Assembly (NCBI RefSeq): GCF_011386835.1
Contig: NC_088809.1
Coordinates: 13,640,001 to 13,704,000, forward strand
Direction of reading: 5' to 3'
Origin: Chrysemys picta bellii
Lineage: Eukaryota
DNA length: 64,000 bases
Under the pieces are notes generated by a model. The model was not told the DNA's origin. It ran no database searches and worked only from the letters and a program-made list of their open reading frames with translations. Positions 38,899-52,400 of this stretch are shown one piece after another (the first letter of the stretch is position 1; the number at the start of each line of letters is the position of its first letter). The translations under genes and the position numbers were made by a program.

Positions 38899-39654
38899 CC
38901 ATAGATGTACAAGGATTCTTAATAATACTGAACGTGCCAGTTTTTCCACTCAAATAAATGGGGAAATAGATCAAAAACCATTGCCTTGTTATCTCTCAAG
39001 CATTTGGGCTAATAAAAGTCCACTTTTGTAAGTACTGAATTAAATTACTTGCAATTGAAATGAATCCTTCCATTGTAGAAACATTTGTATTAATGGTGTG
39101 GAATTATAGAGTTTGTTCTGATTTATCTGTTTTGGGTTGGATTGTTTATATTCTGCTGGGTATGCATGCACAGAATGTCAATATAAATATTACAGATAAC
39201 TGCTATAGAATTCCATAATATATTGATTTCTACCATTATACAAGAAGTAATTGGATTGTGGGATATTGAAAAGAATGAGTTTGTAGCATTTGAGTCTCAT
39301 AGCTGTGTGTGTAAGAGGAACTGTTGTGTAGTTGTGAACAGATCAAGATCAGACTTGCAGAAATCTACCCATTGAGAATTACAGAAGTTTCCAGATCCTA
39401 GACACTCAGGGCTTCAAAAAAAATCCATTTGCCTCCTCATCTGTAAAGGGTAAGGCACTTTCCTGGATAGTGGCATCAACTTCTGCAGAATCCAAAAGCT
39501 GTCATTTAAAAAATAATAATAATAAAGGTCAATCTTTTCAAAAGTGGCCAATGGTTTTGGGTGCCTTCCGTTTTGAGTGTCCAGCCTAAGGCATCTTGGG
39601 TCTGATTTTCACAAATATGAGACCTTGCAGCTTCTATTCATAAATTTTACACAG

Positions 39655-40200
39655 GTTCATAGATTTTGAGGCCTGAAGAGACTGACCTCCTGAATAAACA
39701 GGCCAAAGAACCTAGCCCAGGGGTAGGCAACCTATGGCATGCGTGCCGAAGGCGGCACACGAGATGATTTTCAGTGGCACTCACACTGCCCAGGTCCTGG
39801 CCACCGGAACAGGGGGCTCCGCATTTTGATTTGATTTTAAAATGAAGCTTCTTAAACATTTTAAAAACCTTATTTACTTTACATACAACAATAGTTTAGT
39901 TCTATATTATAGATTTATAGAGAGAGAGACCTTCTAAAAACGTTAAAATGTATGACTGACACGCAAAACCTTAAATTAGAGTGAATAAATGAAGACTCGG
40001 CACATCACTTCTGAAAGGTTGCCGACCCCTGGGCTAGCCCAATAATTTCTGCATCCAGGCCATGACTTGTTCTTGAGCTATCGCACACCCATTTCTTGTA
40101 GAAAGATTTACAGATGTCAAGCAACAGAGAATTCACCACCCTTCCAGGTAAGTTGTTCCAATCGCTTAATTACCCTCACTGTTTAAAAACCTGTGCCTCA
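39655..40200 (-). mobile_element. CR1 3'-end fragment interrupted by a hAT MITE
   Basis: tcatagattttgaggcc...gacctcctg...acaggcc...cctagcc | MITE | aataatttctgcatcc...gaattcaccacccttccaggtaagttgttccaatcgcttaattaccctcactg, a minus-strand CR1 C-terminus plus UTR. Confidence 0.65.
39718..40031. mobile_element. hAT (Charlie/Buster-type) MITE, AT-rich interior
   Basis: TIR caggggtaggcaacct / aggttgccgacccctg; TSD acctagcc / ggctagcc (6/8). Same family as 55170-55419. Confidence 0.88.
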
Positions 40201-42246
40201 TTGACTTCATCTGGAGCTCATCAACTTCCAAAAACAAGGCCCTGTGCATATGAAATCAGGCACCTGAAAATGGAGGCACTGAAAATCAATAACCATTTTT
40301 GAAAATGTGGATGGAATTACACTTACAGCTAGAGCCATGTAAAGGTGCCTTGGTATAAATGACACTCTGACCCTGCATCTGTAATATACAAGGATACTCT
40401 CGTTCATGATGGGAAGCCACAGAGGTGTGCAAGTTCCCAAACCCACTAGGGATGTTATTATTTCAGAAGTTAAGCCCCTGACCTTGTACCCACTGAAATC
40501 AATGGGAACTCTGCCATTGTTTGGAATAGGTGCAGTACTACACCCTAACGCAGATGGGCCAAAAGGGCTGAAAAAAATGTGGCTCTTGCATTGAAAGGAG
40601 AGGAAGATGCCATTACATTCTTTACTCATGTTGAGCCCTTCCTCCTGCTGTCCTTCCCTTACCCTTTCCCTTCCTTCTCCTACATGCCTAATATGCATTA
40701 TCTCTGGCCACACAAGCGGTGTCAGCAATCCCAACACATCAGATGTTATAGGCACTGCTGAGGCAAACCCATGGGCTGAAACAAAGACTTGGGAAGCAAC
40801 ATGGAAAAAAAATAATGGAAGTTATTTTCTTCTAAAAAAAACCCCTCAGGATTTCCAGCTTGAAAACCCAACAATTCAAAGGTAACAAGAATTATAAGAG
40901 ATCATAGAAATAAATAATGTGTCTAGAATCTGAGGATTGGATTTTTTTAATGTTTGGTGATATATTTAGAGGGGTTCCTTAAATTTTCCTAGAAATTGTA
41001 CAGTCATACTGCCAACGTATGTCCTAACTCCTGCCTTCATGATTTGGAACCTATCTAGAACTTACTGGTCACCCCCCCACACACACACCCCATTTCTACT
41101 GGCATCACAATAAGAGTAGAGGGCATCACAGGTCCGAGTCCTTATTGGCAACTCTTGTGTGCTTGTGTTACAGATCTCCTTTCCTCTCCTGCCACTGGCA
41201 CCATTCCCTTCCTGTTCTGGACACCTCTGCCCTGATCAGTTTTGTATGCTTGGGACGGAACTTCAGTAGAGTTTTCCATGGAACCTAGCCACATTGTTTG
41301 TTCTCTATTTTTACTGGACGTACAAGGAGGGTGTGCAGTGGGATTATATGTCAGAGAGACATTTTCAGGAGCTGTAGTTAGTTAAAGAGTCCACGTCCTA
41401 GTAGAAAGTGGTGCAACCAACAAACCCTTGGGAACCAGCTCAGTCTCTGGAGGGAGGTACGTGGAACAATGCAGCCCGTTGAACAGTTCATGTTGCAGAA
41501 AGGCATTATTTTTTCCTATCATGGCATCAGCCAAGCTGTGGCTTTGGATAACGTTCCCTTTGCAATGGGTCACTTAGCTTTCAGAGTCTATTAAAAAGAA
41601 AAATCCCACTCAAGAAATGCCTCTGCTTTGCAATTCTTTATAAATTATCAAAGTTAAAAGCCTTTGGGGGGGGGGGAAGCGAACCAACCCCGCCACCACC
41701 ACAATGGGACAAACTTCTGCTCTTATGAAGGATGTCATGAGGTCACTATAAACACAAAACAAAAAGGATTTTTAAGGTCTCATCTGAAGGAATCACCCTA
41801 AAAAATACTACATGGAATTCAGTCTATCTTTACTACCTTGTTAGGATAAACAACTCAGTCAAGACTGCCTCAGTCAGAAGCTTAGATCGATAAATCTCCC
41901 TCTCCAGTATACATATCAGAACAAAATGTTTGTTTCAGTGCAACAGCAGCATATCAATACGTTTCTGATCATTTAAAGGCTCAGACCAGGATGGTTTCTC
42001 TTGCAGGGAATGTGCTGCACCTGACCCAGTTCTGACTCAGAGAGATTGTAAAGGTTATCTTGCACACGACCTCCACCACTCACAACTTTCAATTTGGCAA
42101 TAAGAATTGCTGAATCAAACCGAATTTAGCAGAATTATGGTACAGCAAAGAGCCTTTAGAGCACAAGCAACTCCATTTAGAGCACATCAGCAGCTCTCAC
42201 TAACCAACCAAATCCCAGTCCCTTAAATAAGTTATGCAATCAGTGA

Positions 42247-42396
42247 CCCTGATTCATTGCCTTTCACCTTGTGTAGCCATTTATACCAGTGCAAAGTCAG
42301 GGTACACCACGGACAGGCTGATCTGGTCACATTTTACGTCCACTTTGCATTGGTGTAAATGATGGCACAACATGTAGAGCAATGCGGAATCAGGCC
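42247..42396. repeat. Imperfect long inverted repeat (old palindromic MITE-like element)
   Basis: cctgattcattgcc...catttataccagtgcaaagt pairs imperfectly with actttgcattggtgtaaatg...gcaatgcggaatcagg around a ~40-nt loop. Confidence 0.55.
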
Positions 42397-42595
42397 TAGG
42401 ACTTACTTTACATGTTGCTGTTAGTTTTCTCCAGCGTCCCATGCACAATAGTAGCACTCAGTACACTCATTTTGTTTCACAAAGCTGTTACCCACCAGAT
42501 TCAGAACACAATATTCCAGAATCACACTTAGGATCATTAGCAGGGGCAATATTCCTTTTCAGGCAAGGAAACCATATAACTAAATTGTATATATG

Positions 42596-44365
42596 TCATA
42601 GAATCGTAGAACTGGAAGTGACCTCAAAAGGTCATCAAGTCCAGTCCCCTGCACTCATGGCAGGATTAAGTATTACCTAGACCAGAGGTGGGCAAACTAC
42701 GGCCCATGGGCCACATCCGGCCCGCGGGACTGTCCTGCCCGGCCCTTAAGCTCCTGGCCAGGGAGGCTCGCCCCCGGCCCCTCCCCTGCTGTCCCTCCTC
42801 CCCCGCAGCCATGCCACTGCAGGGGCAGCACTCTGGGCGGCAGAGCGGCAGTGTGTCTAGCTCCGGCTGGGCAGCATGGCTGCCAGACATGCTGCTCTGA
42901 GTGGCATGGTAAGGGGGCCGGCGCCGGGCCGGTTGGATAAGGGGCAGGGGGTCCTCGAGGGCAGTCAGGGGACAGGGAGCAGGGGGCAGCTGGATGGGGA
43001 AGAGGTTGGGGGGGGGGCGGTCAGGGGATGAGGAACAGGGGGGTTGCATAAGTGTGGGAGTTCCGGGGGGCCTGTCAGGGGGCAGGGGTGTGGATAGGGG
43101 TCGGGGCAGTCAGGGGACTGGGAGCAGGGGGTTGGATAGGGTCGTGGGGGGGCGGCTGGGGATCCCAGAAGGGGGCAGTTAGGGGACAAGGAGCATGGGG
43201 GGGGGGTCGGGAGTTCTTAGGAGGGCAGTCAGGGGACGGGAAATGGGAGGGGGCGGATAGGGGGTGGGGGCCAAGCTGTTTGGGGAGGCACAGCATTCCC
43301 TACCCAGCCCTCCATACAGTTTTGCAACCACAATGTGGCCCTTGGGCCAAAATGTTTGCCCCCCCCCCCGACCTAGACCATTCTTGACAGGCATTTGTCT
43401 AACCCGCTGTTAAAAATCTCCACTGATGGAGATTCCACAACCTCCCTAGGCAATTTATTCCAGTGCTTAACCAGCCTGACAGTTAGGAATTTTTTCCTAA
43501 TGTCCAACCTAGACTTCCCTTGCTGCAATTTAAACCCATTGCTACTTGTCCTATCCTCAGAGGTTAAGAACAACAATTTTTCTCCCTCTTCCTTGTGACA
43601 ACCTTTTATGTACTTGAAGACTGTTATCATGTCAACCTTTTAGTCTTCTTTTCTCTAGACTAAACAAACCCAATTTTTTCAATCTTCCCTCATAGCTCAT
43701 GTTTTCTAGACCTTTAATCATTTTTGTTGCTCTTCTCTGGACTTTCTCCAATTTGTCCACATCTTTCCTGAAATGTGGTGCCCAGACCTGGACACAATAT
43801 TCCAGTTGAGGCCTAATCAGCAAGGAATACAGCAGAAGAATTACTTTTCATGTCTTATTTACAACAGTCCTGCTAATACATCCCAGAAGGATGTTCGCTT
43901 TTTTTTCAAGTTTTACACTGTTGACTCATATTTAGCTTATGGTCCACTATGACCCCCAGATCCCTTTCCACAGTACTCCTTCCTAGGCAGTCATTTCCCA
44001 TTTTGTATGTGTGCAACTGACAGTTCCTTCCTAACGGGAGTACTTTGCATTTGTCCTTATTGAATTTCATCCTATTTACTTTAGACAATTTCTCCAGTTT
44101 GTCCAGATCATTTTGAATTTTAATCTTATCCTCCAAAGTATTTGCAACCCCGCCCAGCTTAGTATCGTCCGCTAACTTTATAAGTGTACTCTCTATACCA
44201 TTATCTAAATCATTGATGAAGATATTGAACAGAACTGGACCCAGAACTGATCCCTGTGGGACCCCACTCATTATGCCTTTCCAGTATGACTGTGAACCAC
44301 TGATAACTACTTTCTAGGAATGGTTTTCCAACCAGTTTTGCACCCACCTTATAGTAGCTCCATCC
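42596..44365 (-). mobile_element. CR1 LINE (PsCR1-like), 5'-truncated, interrupted by a hAT MITE
   Basis: Minus ORFs 43906-44271 (SGVPQGSVLGPVLFNIFINDLD...KLADDTKLGG), 43632-43823 and 43373-43630; 3' tail tcatagaatcgtagaac at 42596. Same subfamily as 205-1993. Confidence 0.95.
42683..43370. mobile_element. hAT (Charlie/Buster-type) MITE, G-tract-rich
   Basis: TIR cagaggtgggcaaact / tgtttgccc(c)n g; perfect TSD acctagac (42675-42682, 43371-43378). Same family as 47017-47723, inverted. Confidence 0.92.
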
Positions 44366-46599
44366 CAGCTTTGCTTACTTGATTATGGATATAAAATTAT
44401 GTTTCCCTTGTTTAACAGACTAAGGCTAGTGCAAAAACCAAAATTATACATATACACCATGATCTATCTGTTGCTGAAACCCTTCTCGATTCCATGGGAC
44501 AGTCCATAGGATCAGTTGCATCACTTGGCAAGTCTCCCCCTTTACTCCTTGAGAATTTGTTACTGAACATTCCCTGCCCTTGAAAGCGATACCCAGGAGC
44601 TCCAGAAACAAGGCACTCTGTTACTTCTCATTTAAGTGAAGTAATTAAATAGATTTCCTACAAATGTTAAACTGATTAACATTCCCCAAAGTCATATCCT
44701 TGACTTTTTCCCTTCTTTCCTAGATCTGAGAAGCCCTTTGACGTGTTTTCCCAGCAGCGACAAAAGGGTACACTGTGTCCTTCCTATAATTAGAAATGGC
44801 TTGCTGGGTGGAAAGCCTTCTGGACAAAAGGTAGTGTCACACCACTAGATCCCTAGTGCCAGGCAACATTATATTCAACTTTTTTTTTAAATGAAGAGAG
44901 AGAAACAACAGAAAACGTGTGGCCTTCGCAATGCTGCATTATGTAATACAGCCTTGCCAAACACAATGATTGCATGGTGAGGCTTTGAAATATACATGAC
45001 AAACAAACAGATTAACACTGTGCACCCTATGTGTCATGCAAAAATGTCTGATTAATGGAGCTCAGGGGATTTCTATGCCCTTTCAATTAGGTGATTTGAT
45101 TTAAAATATATATATATTTTTTATTTTATTTTTTTGCATGAGAGGATCTTTTTCGGATTAGCAAAGTGAAGGGTCACTTTGACCTCCTGCTCCTAAAATT
45201 TCAGATAACGTGGCTATCGGTAAGCTACCAAATGCCTTGGTGCTGTGCTCTGTGGTCCTGTCACAGCCAGCAATACAAACAAAACCCTCTAAAATACAAA
45301 GGAATCTCTTTAAGGACAAATTCTAGCAATACAAACAAGAAACCTTGTAATACAAATGAAGCTCTTGAAGGACACATTTGTGTTCTGGCTCTATGTCCTT
45401 CAGATTTCTGCAGCAGGAATGTCAGGAGAGGGCTTAGTGATGGGAGCCTCGAAGCAGATCTTTAAAATAAATACATTAATAAATAGTTTCCCCCCTTCTA
45501 AGTAGGTCACTCTGCTAGCTATGGAAATCAGCTTCTCTTCAAAGCAGGTTTGCTTCTTTCTTTATCTCCTTAATGCTAGAAATGTGCAAAGCATAGTAAC
45601 AGCAAAGACTAATTTCAGACTCATTTGATTTATTTCTTGCATGGTTATAAATATGAAACAGTATTTGCTTGTGGGTGAAAAAACATTTGTTAGAAAATTC
45701 AATGAAAACGTGTAATGTTATTTCCAGAACAGCTATTTCTGAATGTGATGCATGATTAAAAAAATCCAAGCATCCAACTTTTAGCACATTGCAAATGGAC
45801 TACTATGGGCTTCTGAGACCCTAATGAAATAATCACTTGAATTAACTTGCAAAAGTTTAAGGGGCTGATTTTTAGAGATGCTGAGCACCCACACGTCTCA
45901 GGAACTACAGCTGACGTTTGAAAATTAGGCCCTAAAACTTTCACGATATCATAACCCCACAAGTCTTATTACTAATTGAATGGATGGTTAATAAAGCATT
46001 TACGACAGGGCTAGTCCTAATGCCACTGATATCAATGGGAGTCTTCCCATTCATGTCAGTGGGCTTTGGGTCAAGCCCTGCATCGATTGTATGTAATGCA
46101 GCATGCATCTCTTCGCTGTACGTTAGAATTCTGCAGGTTTTCCCTAATTTTCCAAATGAATCGCCAAGTTTACTTGGAAGGTCAGGATCCAGTCACTCGG
46201 ATGGATTTAAAATCCAGACTTCGCCGGTTACAGGTTTGTACAATGGTATGTGATTGACAAGGAGTAGACAGAGAGGAAAAGTATTCACTTTTACTCCGCC
46301 AAGGACCAGCTGATCTCACAGTTAGAACTAAAAGTCTTGCTCGGCTGTAATCAAGCTACAGTAGCAGCTTATTTACAGTCCTCCCACAGCAGCAATGAAG
46401 TGTTAGCAAAGAAGAGTCACACATAAGACTCACTCCAGCCATCCCTTTATGTTCCCACACCTCCTACAATTTTTATAGTGTCCTACATACAAAGCAGGGA
46501 GTGAACAGAGAAGAAAAATGTCACGTAGCTTGCTATGATGACTCACACACAAGCGCTAAGGGGACAAATGATGGGGGGGGAAAGTAGCAGGAATGGAAC

Positions 46600-47008
46600 A
46601 TCACAGGCTTAGTGTGAGAGGAGAAAGAGAGGAAGGAGTCAAAAACTATGCCCAGGTTGAGATCCTGGGTGACAAGGAGACTGGCGGTGTGCTCAGAGGT
46701 AGCAGAGGTGGGAAAAGTGGAAAAGGGGTAAAGAAGATCTTATTCGTAGCCATGTCAAGCTTGAGTTGCCACGAATCCATCCAGGCAGACTGAGCGTCAA
46801 ATATGGGACTGGAGAGAGGGAAACATGTCAGGTATGGAGAAGAGGCAATCTGATTTATCCACATACATACGACACGTGAAGCCATGTGAACAGAAGAGGA
46901 CACCCAGGGATAAGTTACAGAAAATGAGGAATAGGGAGCCAAGGCAGTAACACATGGTTATTAGGAGATACTTGGAGAGGATCCTAGAAATAAGAGCTAA
47001 AAGAGACA
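46600..47008 (-). mobile_element. Probable L2 LINE fragment
   Basis: Purine-rich + strand with tcaaaaactatgcccagg...gccatgtcaagcttgagttgcc...catccagg, resembling antisense L2 ORF2. Confidence 0.4.
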
Positions 47009-47016
47009 TCTTAGGG

Positions 47017-47723
47017 CAGGGACGGGCAAACATTTTGGCCTGAGGGCTGCATCGGGTTTCTGAAATTGTATGGAGGGCTGGTTAGGGGAGGCTGTGCCTT
47101 CCCAAACAGCCAAGCATAGCCCGGCCCTGCTGCCTATCCAACCCCTCCTGCTTCTCGCCCCCTGATGGACCCCCAGGACTCCTGCCCCATCCAACCCCCC
47201 CTGTTCCCTGACCGCCCCCCCGGGACTCCTGCCCCATCCACCCCACCCTGCTCCCTGTCCCCTGACTGCCCCCAGAACCCTCATCCCGACTGCCTCCCAC
47301 CGCCCCATCCAACCCCCCCTCGCCTTTCTGACTGCCCCCGGGACCTCTGCCCCCATTCAACCCCACTGTACCCCGCCCTCTGACCGCCCCGCCTCTATCC
47401 ACACCCCCGCCCCCTGACGACCACCCTGAACTCCCTAGCCCTCTATCCAACCTCCCCTGCTCCCTGTCCCCTTACCGCGCTGCCTGGCGCACTGGTGGCT
47501 GGCAGTGCTACAGCCACGCCGCCCAGAGCACCAGGACAGGCAGCCGTGCTGCCCGGCTGGAGCCAGCCACACCACCGCGCAGCACAGAGCATTGCGCCGC
47601 GGCACAGTAAGCTGAGGCTGAGGGGGAGGGGGAACAGGAAGGGAGGAGCCGGGGGTAGCCTCCTGGGCCAGGAGCTCAGGGGCCGGGCAGAGGGTCCTGC
47701 GGGCCGTAGTTTGCCCACCGCTG
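47017..47723. mobile_element. hAT (Charlie/Buster-type) MITE, C-tract-rich on +
   Basis: TIR cagggacgggcaaac / gtttgcccaccgctg; perfect TSD tcttaggg (47009-47016, 47724-47731). Confidence 0.92.
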
Positions 47724-48018
47724 TCTTAGGGCATGCAGTGCAATTGTTCTCAAACTTTTTTCAGGCTGTGGAACTTTTCATGAGAGAAAGGGAGAGAATC
47801 TCAAGGATCCATCAACAGCACAGTCCGCCAATACTAGATGTCACAGTTCAGAGCAACTGCACCTTTATTCCCCCTCATGGTCCAGCAAGGACATCCCCTA
47901 TAGGCCTCTCAGCCATCACCCCTCTTACGCAAAGACCCATCTCTCTCTCCCTAAGGATTGGGGCCCTCTCCGTGGACAGAAGTTCCTGTCTGCTTGCTGG
48001 ATCAGAAAGAAGGCCCTT

Positions 48019-48141
48019 TAGGGTGACCAGATGTCCTGATTTTATAGGGACAGTCCAGATATTTGGAACTTTGGCATATATAGGTGCCTATTACCCCCCA
48101 TCCCTGTCCCGATTTTTTACACTTGCTGTCTGGTCACCCTA
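48019..48141. mobile_element. Short hAT (Tip100-like) MITE
   Basis: TIR tagggtgaccaga / tctggtcacccta; perfect TSD aggccctt (48011-48018, 48142-48149). Confidence 0.9.
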
Positions 48142-48739
48142 AGGCCCTTAGTCAGTTTATACTCAGGCTATTTATCCAAAAAGTCCTTTCTTTGTCTGTT
48201 GGCCTCTGGAGAATCCAGTTTGAACCGGTATACATGAGCCTCCCAGGAGGTGGTACCTCTCTGGAGGTGTTATAATGTGAGTAAATTTGCCTAATCACTC
48301 TTCATATTCCTTGTCCCTGGAGGCTGTGGTCACTCTCCCCCAGGAAATGATATACAATCTCTGGCCCACAATGATACATACATTTAATACAGTAAAATCT
48401 CCCAAAGACATTGCTGGAAATTGCCGTATCTGTCACACTCGGTTCTCAAAAATATTTCATTTTGAGGGCCCACCAGGTAAGGTTCCACAGATGTCAATTT
48501 GAGATTTGCGTGCCTAACCCCCTCCTCCCACCGGAGCAGAACTGTAAGCTACAGTATATTATCTAGCACAATCTTCCTTGTGAGATTGCTCCGCTGCCTA
48601 ATAGATCTACAAGGATGTAAAATGTACTTCTGCCCCTTTGATCAGCTAGCTGTTCCAGGGAAGGCATGAAGTGGAAACTACCATTCGAGATGTTTACATA
48701 TGAAGTCTCTCTCCATGAAAGCATTCACGTGGAGCACAG

Positions 48740-49442
48740 GCCATAAAATGTCCCCACAATAATTTCTGGAGCAGATCTCTCAGAAAAACATCCAATCTCG
48801 ATTTTAAAATTTTCAGCGATGGAAACTCCACCACAACCCTTGGTAAATTGTTCCAGTGATTAATTACTCTCACCATTAAAAATGTATGCCTTATTTCCAG
48901 TCTGAATTTGTCTAGCTTCAACTTCCAGTCATTGGATCATGTTAGACCTTTCTCTTCTAGACTGAAGGGCCCACGTAGGTACTTACAGACTGTGATCAGA
49001 TCACTCCTTAACCTTCTCTGGTAAAGCTAAATAGATTGAGCTCCTTGGGTCTATCACTCTAAGGCCTGGTCCCCACTAACCCCCCACTTTGGACTAAAGT
49101 ACGCAAATTCAGCTACGTTAATAACGTAGCTGAATTCGAAGTACCTTAGTCCGAACTTACCGTGGGTCCAGATGTGGCAGGGAGGCTCCCCCGTCGATGC
49201 CGCGTACTCCTCTCGCCGAGCTGGAGTACCGGCGTCGACGGTGAGCACTTCCGGGATCGATCCCAGAACATCGATTGCCTGCCACCGGACCCGGAGGTAA
49301 GTGTAGACGTACCCTAAGGCAGGTTTTCTAATCTCTTAATCATTCCTGTGGCTCTTCTCTGAACCCTCTCCAATTTATCAACATCTTTCTAGAACGGTGG
49401 CCACCAGAACTGGACACAGGATTCCAGTAGCAGTCACACCAG
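48740..49442 (-). mobile_element. CR1 fragment (older subfamily) interrupted by a Harbinger MITE
   Basis: Minus ORF 48694-48921 KLDKFRLEIRHTFLMVRVINHWNNLPRVVVE. The sequence resumes after the MITE (ggcaggttttc...gaactggacacag). Confidence 0.85.
49063..49314. mobile_element. PIF/Harbinger MITE
   Basis: Canonical TAA TSD (49060-49062, 49315-49317); TIR ggcctggtccccact / agtgtagacgtaccc; internal perfect 15-bp hairpin aattcagctacgtta-a-taacgtagctgaatt (49106-49136). Confidence 0.88.
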
Positions 49443-52400
49443 TTCCGTTTCATATAATTTAAAGAGGCTATAGTAACTCTTTATATCAAAGATCCCACAA
49501 GATCTCACTATATCGGATTAAAACCAATATTAAGGGCCAGATTTTCAAGTCAGCACCCACAACTCAGGTGCTGCGTACCCTCAACTCTCACTGGCTGTTG
49601 ACAGTGCTCAGCACTTGGCTGGATTGAGCACCAAAATGGCAGTAAATGCTACACAGGAAGAGCAGCAAAGAAACTCCAGTGCTCATAGAGACAAATACTG
49701 AAGGCATCCATCTAAGACCACTGGAAAGGAAATCCAAGAAGATGAACAATGACTGCATTATTCATTATTAGGCCCATGTTCTTATGAGCAACGTTAAATA
49801 GCAGCATCTTAAAGCCTGAGTATCCAAGGGTATTTCCAGAGACAAAAAACATTCAGTTTATTCACCATGCAAGATCTCTGCGTGGTGCAAGATCCTGACC
49901 CGGGGAATCCAGCAAAATCCTCCTAGCTCTCAGTTGTGCAACTTCAGCCTCCTCCGTTGCTTCACTGATCAGCAGGTTGAAAACAGCTGATCTGGGAGGT
50001 TTCTAGTTTCAGCTCTGACAGTTCCATGCTAAGGCTCGGTACAGAGACTTGATAAAGGCAAATGCAGGAGCAGGCAAAAAATACATACGTATTGAAAAGC
50101 AGGGACCAAAGCCCTGATCCTTTAATGGGTCCAGGCTCAAGCTCTATACCTAGATGAAGTCTATGGAAAAGAAGTCAGTAGGTGGGAAGGCAAGAAACAA
50201 GCACTGAAAATATATAACTGAATTAAAGAAAACCAGTGTGTACGTCAGAAGTTATGGCTGGCTCACAGAAGGACTGCAGCACAACACCCCAGGCCTGATA
50301 ACAGCTCGCTCTCTCAAGTCATAATTAATTAGCATTTCAAAGGATGTGGTGGAGAAGAGGCAGGGTAGATGGTATACAGATGGTACATATTCAGTACTCA
50401 GGTCTAAGTATGCAGGTTAATAAAACAGCGTGAACTCCATCTGGGAATGACCTCTTCACATGCAGGTGTTTATTTTATTTTATATATTTAATATATTTCC
50501 AAACACACACAGCGTACTTGCCATCCACTGGGTGGGCAAATTATTGAACATTCTAGATGATTAACTTAATCCACTGAGGGTCACATTCTCAAAATGGATT
50601 AAAATGTCTCCAGCTAAAAGACACACCGAGCTATTCCTACATTTACAGAGGCAAATTAGGTAACTGCACAAGCAAATGGGTGAGATGGACAATTTTGGGG
50701 TCAAAGTTTCAGCTTTTACTTTTGAAAATCTGGCCCAGAAAGTATACTGCAGGAAACAATGATTTGCCAGTCTTAAAACTGATTCCTTTCAGTGTAATAG
50801 TAAAAGTAATAATAATAGTAATATTTCTAGTTACTTTAAGACTTTTTTTTTAAAAAGATGAGCCAAAACAAAACACCCCCAAATTTTGGGCTGGTTCAGA
50901 TTCGAGCTCCAGATCCGAATTTTGAAATTTGCCTCTAATGTCATAATGGGCCAATGCAAAATACAGTATCTGTATACCTGAGAGCTTTGTGGGTTTGAAA
51001 TTTAGGCTTCAGTTTTGTTGCTTGCACTCATCTCTAGTATTTTAATTTTTCAATTTTTATGATTAGAAGGTTTGGTTGTGCTTCTGTCGTGGCTCATTAT
51101 TAGCAAAAAGAACCCCTGAGCATACCGCGTATTTTAGCACAGCACTGTCTCTTCTCTGTGCGCTGAGCAGCAATTCTTCCTGTCATACATCATTAACAAG
51201 CTGCAATGATTCCAAAGAGCCACATAACCTTATCGCTGTGACATTAAAGAGACAAAAAAGGAACCGGGTCTATTTATGCTTTGGGATGTTGTTCTTTGGG
51301 CACTTGGACTGGCGTGAGTAGGTGGGATTGGATTCAGCAGGAGAAGGGGCATGGAGGATTGTGTCTCATCTTTTTATAGACTGCCACATTTAACACCCTG
51401 GCAGTATCTATAGCATCTAGCATTCTATTGGGCCTCACTTCTAAGCATAGTGGAGTCTAAGCTGCAAAACTCAGGCCTAAATGCAGATCCACACTTCGAA
51501 GCCCAAGTGCATTGAGTCCATCACAAAGATCGGGATCAAGCTATAGAGCACTGATCTGAAAAAGGTGATTGGAAAGTGTAATAAAAAAGCAGGTAGGTGA
51601 ACTGCAAATAAACCATAAAAAGGACACGCCTTCTGGGCTAGATGGACTTCTTTTGTTCCTAGTATTTCCAATATTCTTAACTTCTGATTTCCTGATTTTC
51701 CTCTGAATGTGCCACTCTTCTTAATTAGGTTTTCCTTTAAGGTCATAAGCCTTAATTCTTCCTTACCACTTCGGCTCTTCACACATTTCCTTTTTTCTCT
51801 TCTGCAGTGAACTCTGCCTGCCTGTTTGAATTTAACATCAGTGGCCCAAGCAAAATGAGCACATGGTCTTGAACTAATTCTCCATGCACACTGGTCCACG
51901 TCACAAAAAAGCCCGGTCATAATCAACACCTAATTGGCATCCATGCTGGCCTTCCCAGGCATCAAAAGGACTATGGAGAATGAGCAATCTTTTCATTCCC
52001 TCTTGCACCAGAACAGATGAGAGCTTCACTGGTGAGGTGAGGAAGCTCACACTGCTACTGCCTGGCTGTATCTTCTAGTCAGTGAAAAAGAGGACTTCAG
52101 CTTTTAGAGCAGCCAGTCCAATCCAGCACATTTCACTAGCATTACATTCAACTGAAAATTTAAAAATAAAAAAGAGAAAGAGAAAAGGGAATCCTGAATC
52201 AGAATTCATCAGCGCTCACTGGACCCTCTCTCACAGGCTCAGCGTGGTTCTGAGACATAATCAAAGCTCATTAAAAGACTATGAGCTTTCTGGTACTGCA
52301 GTTCCTCTGCCAAGTCCGACTCAGTCTACTGTCACTAGGAAGCTGTACATGAAAAGACCATCTCATGAAAAACAGTAGGAGGTCGGTGCTTAATGCCAGC

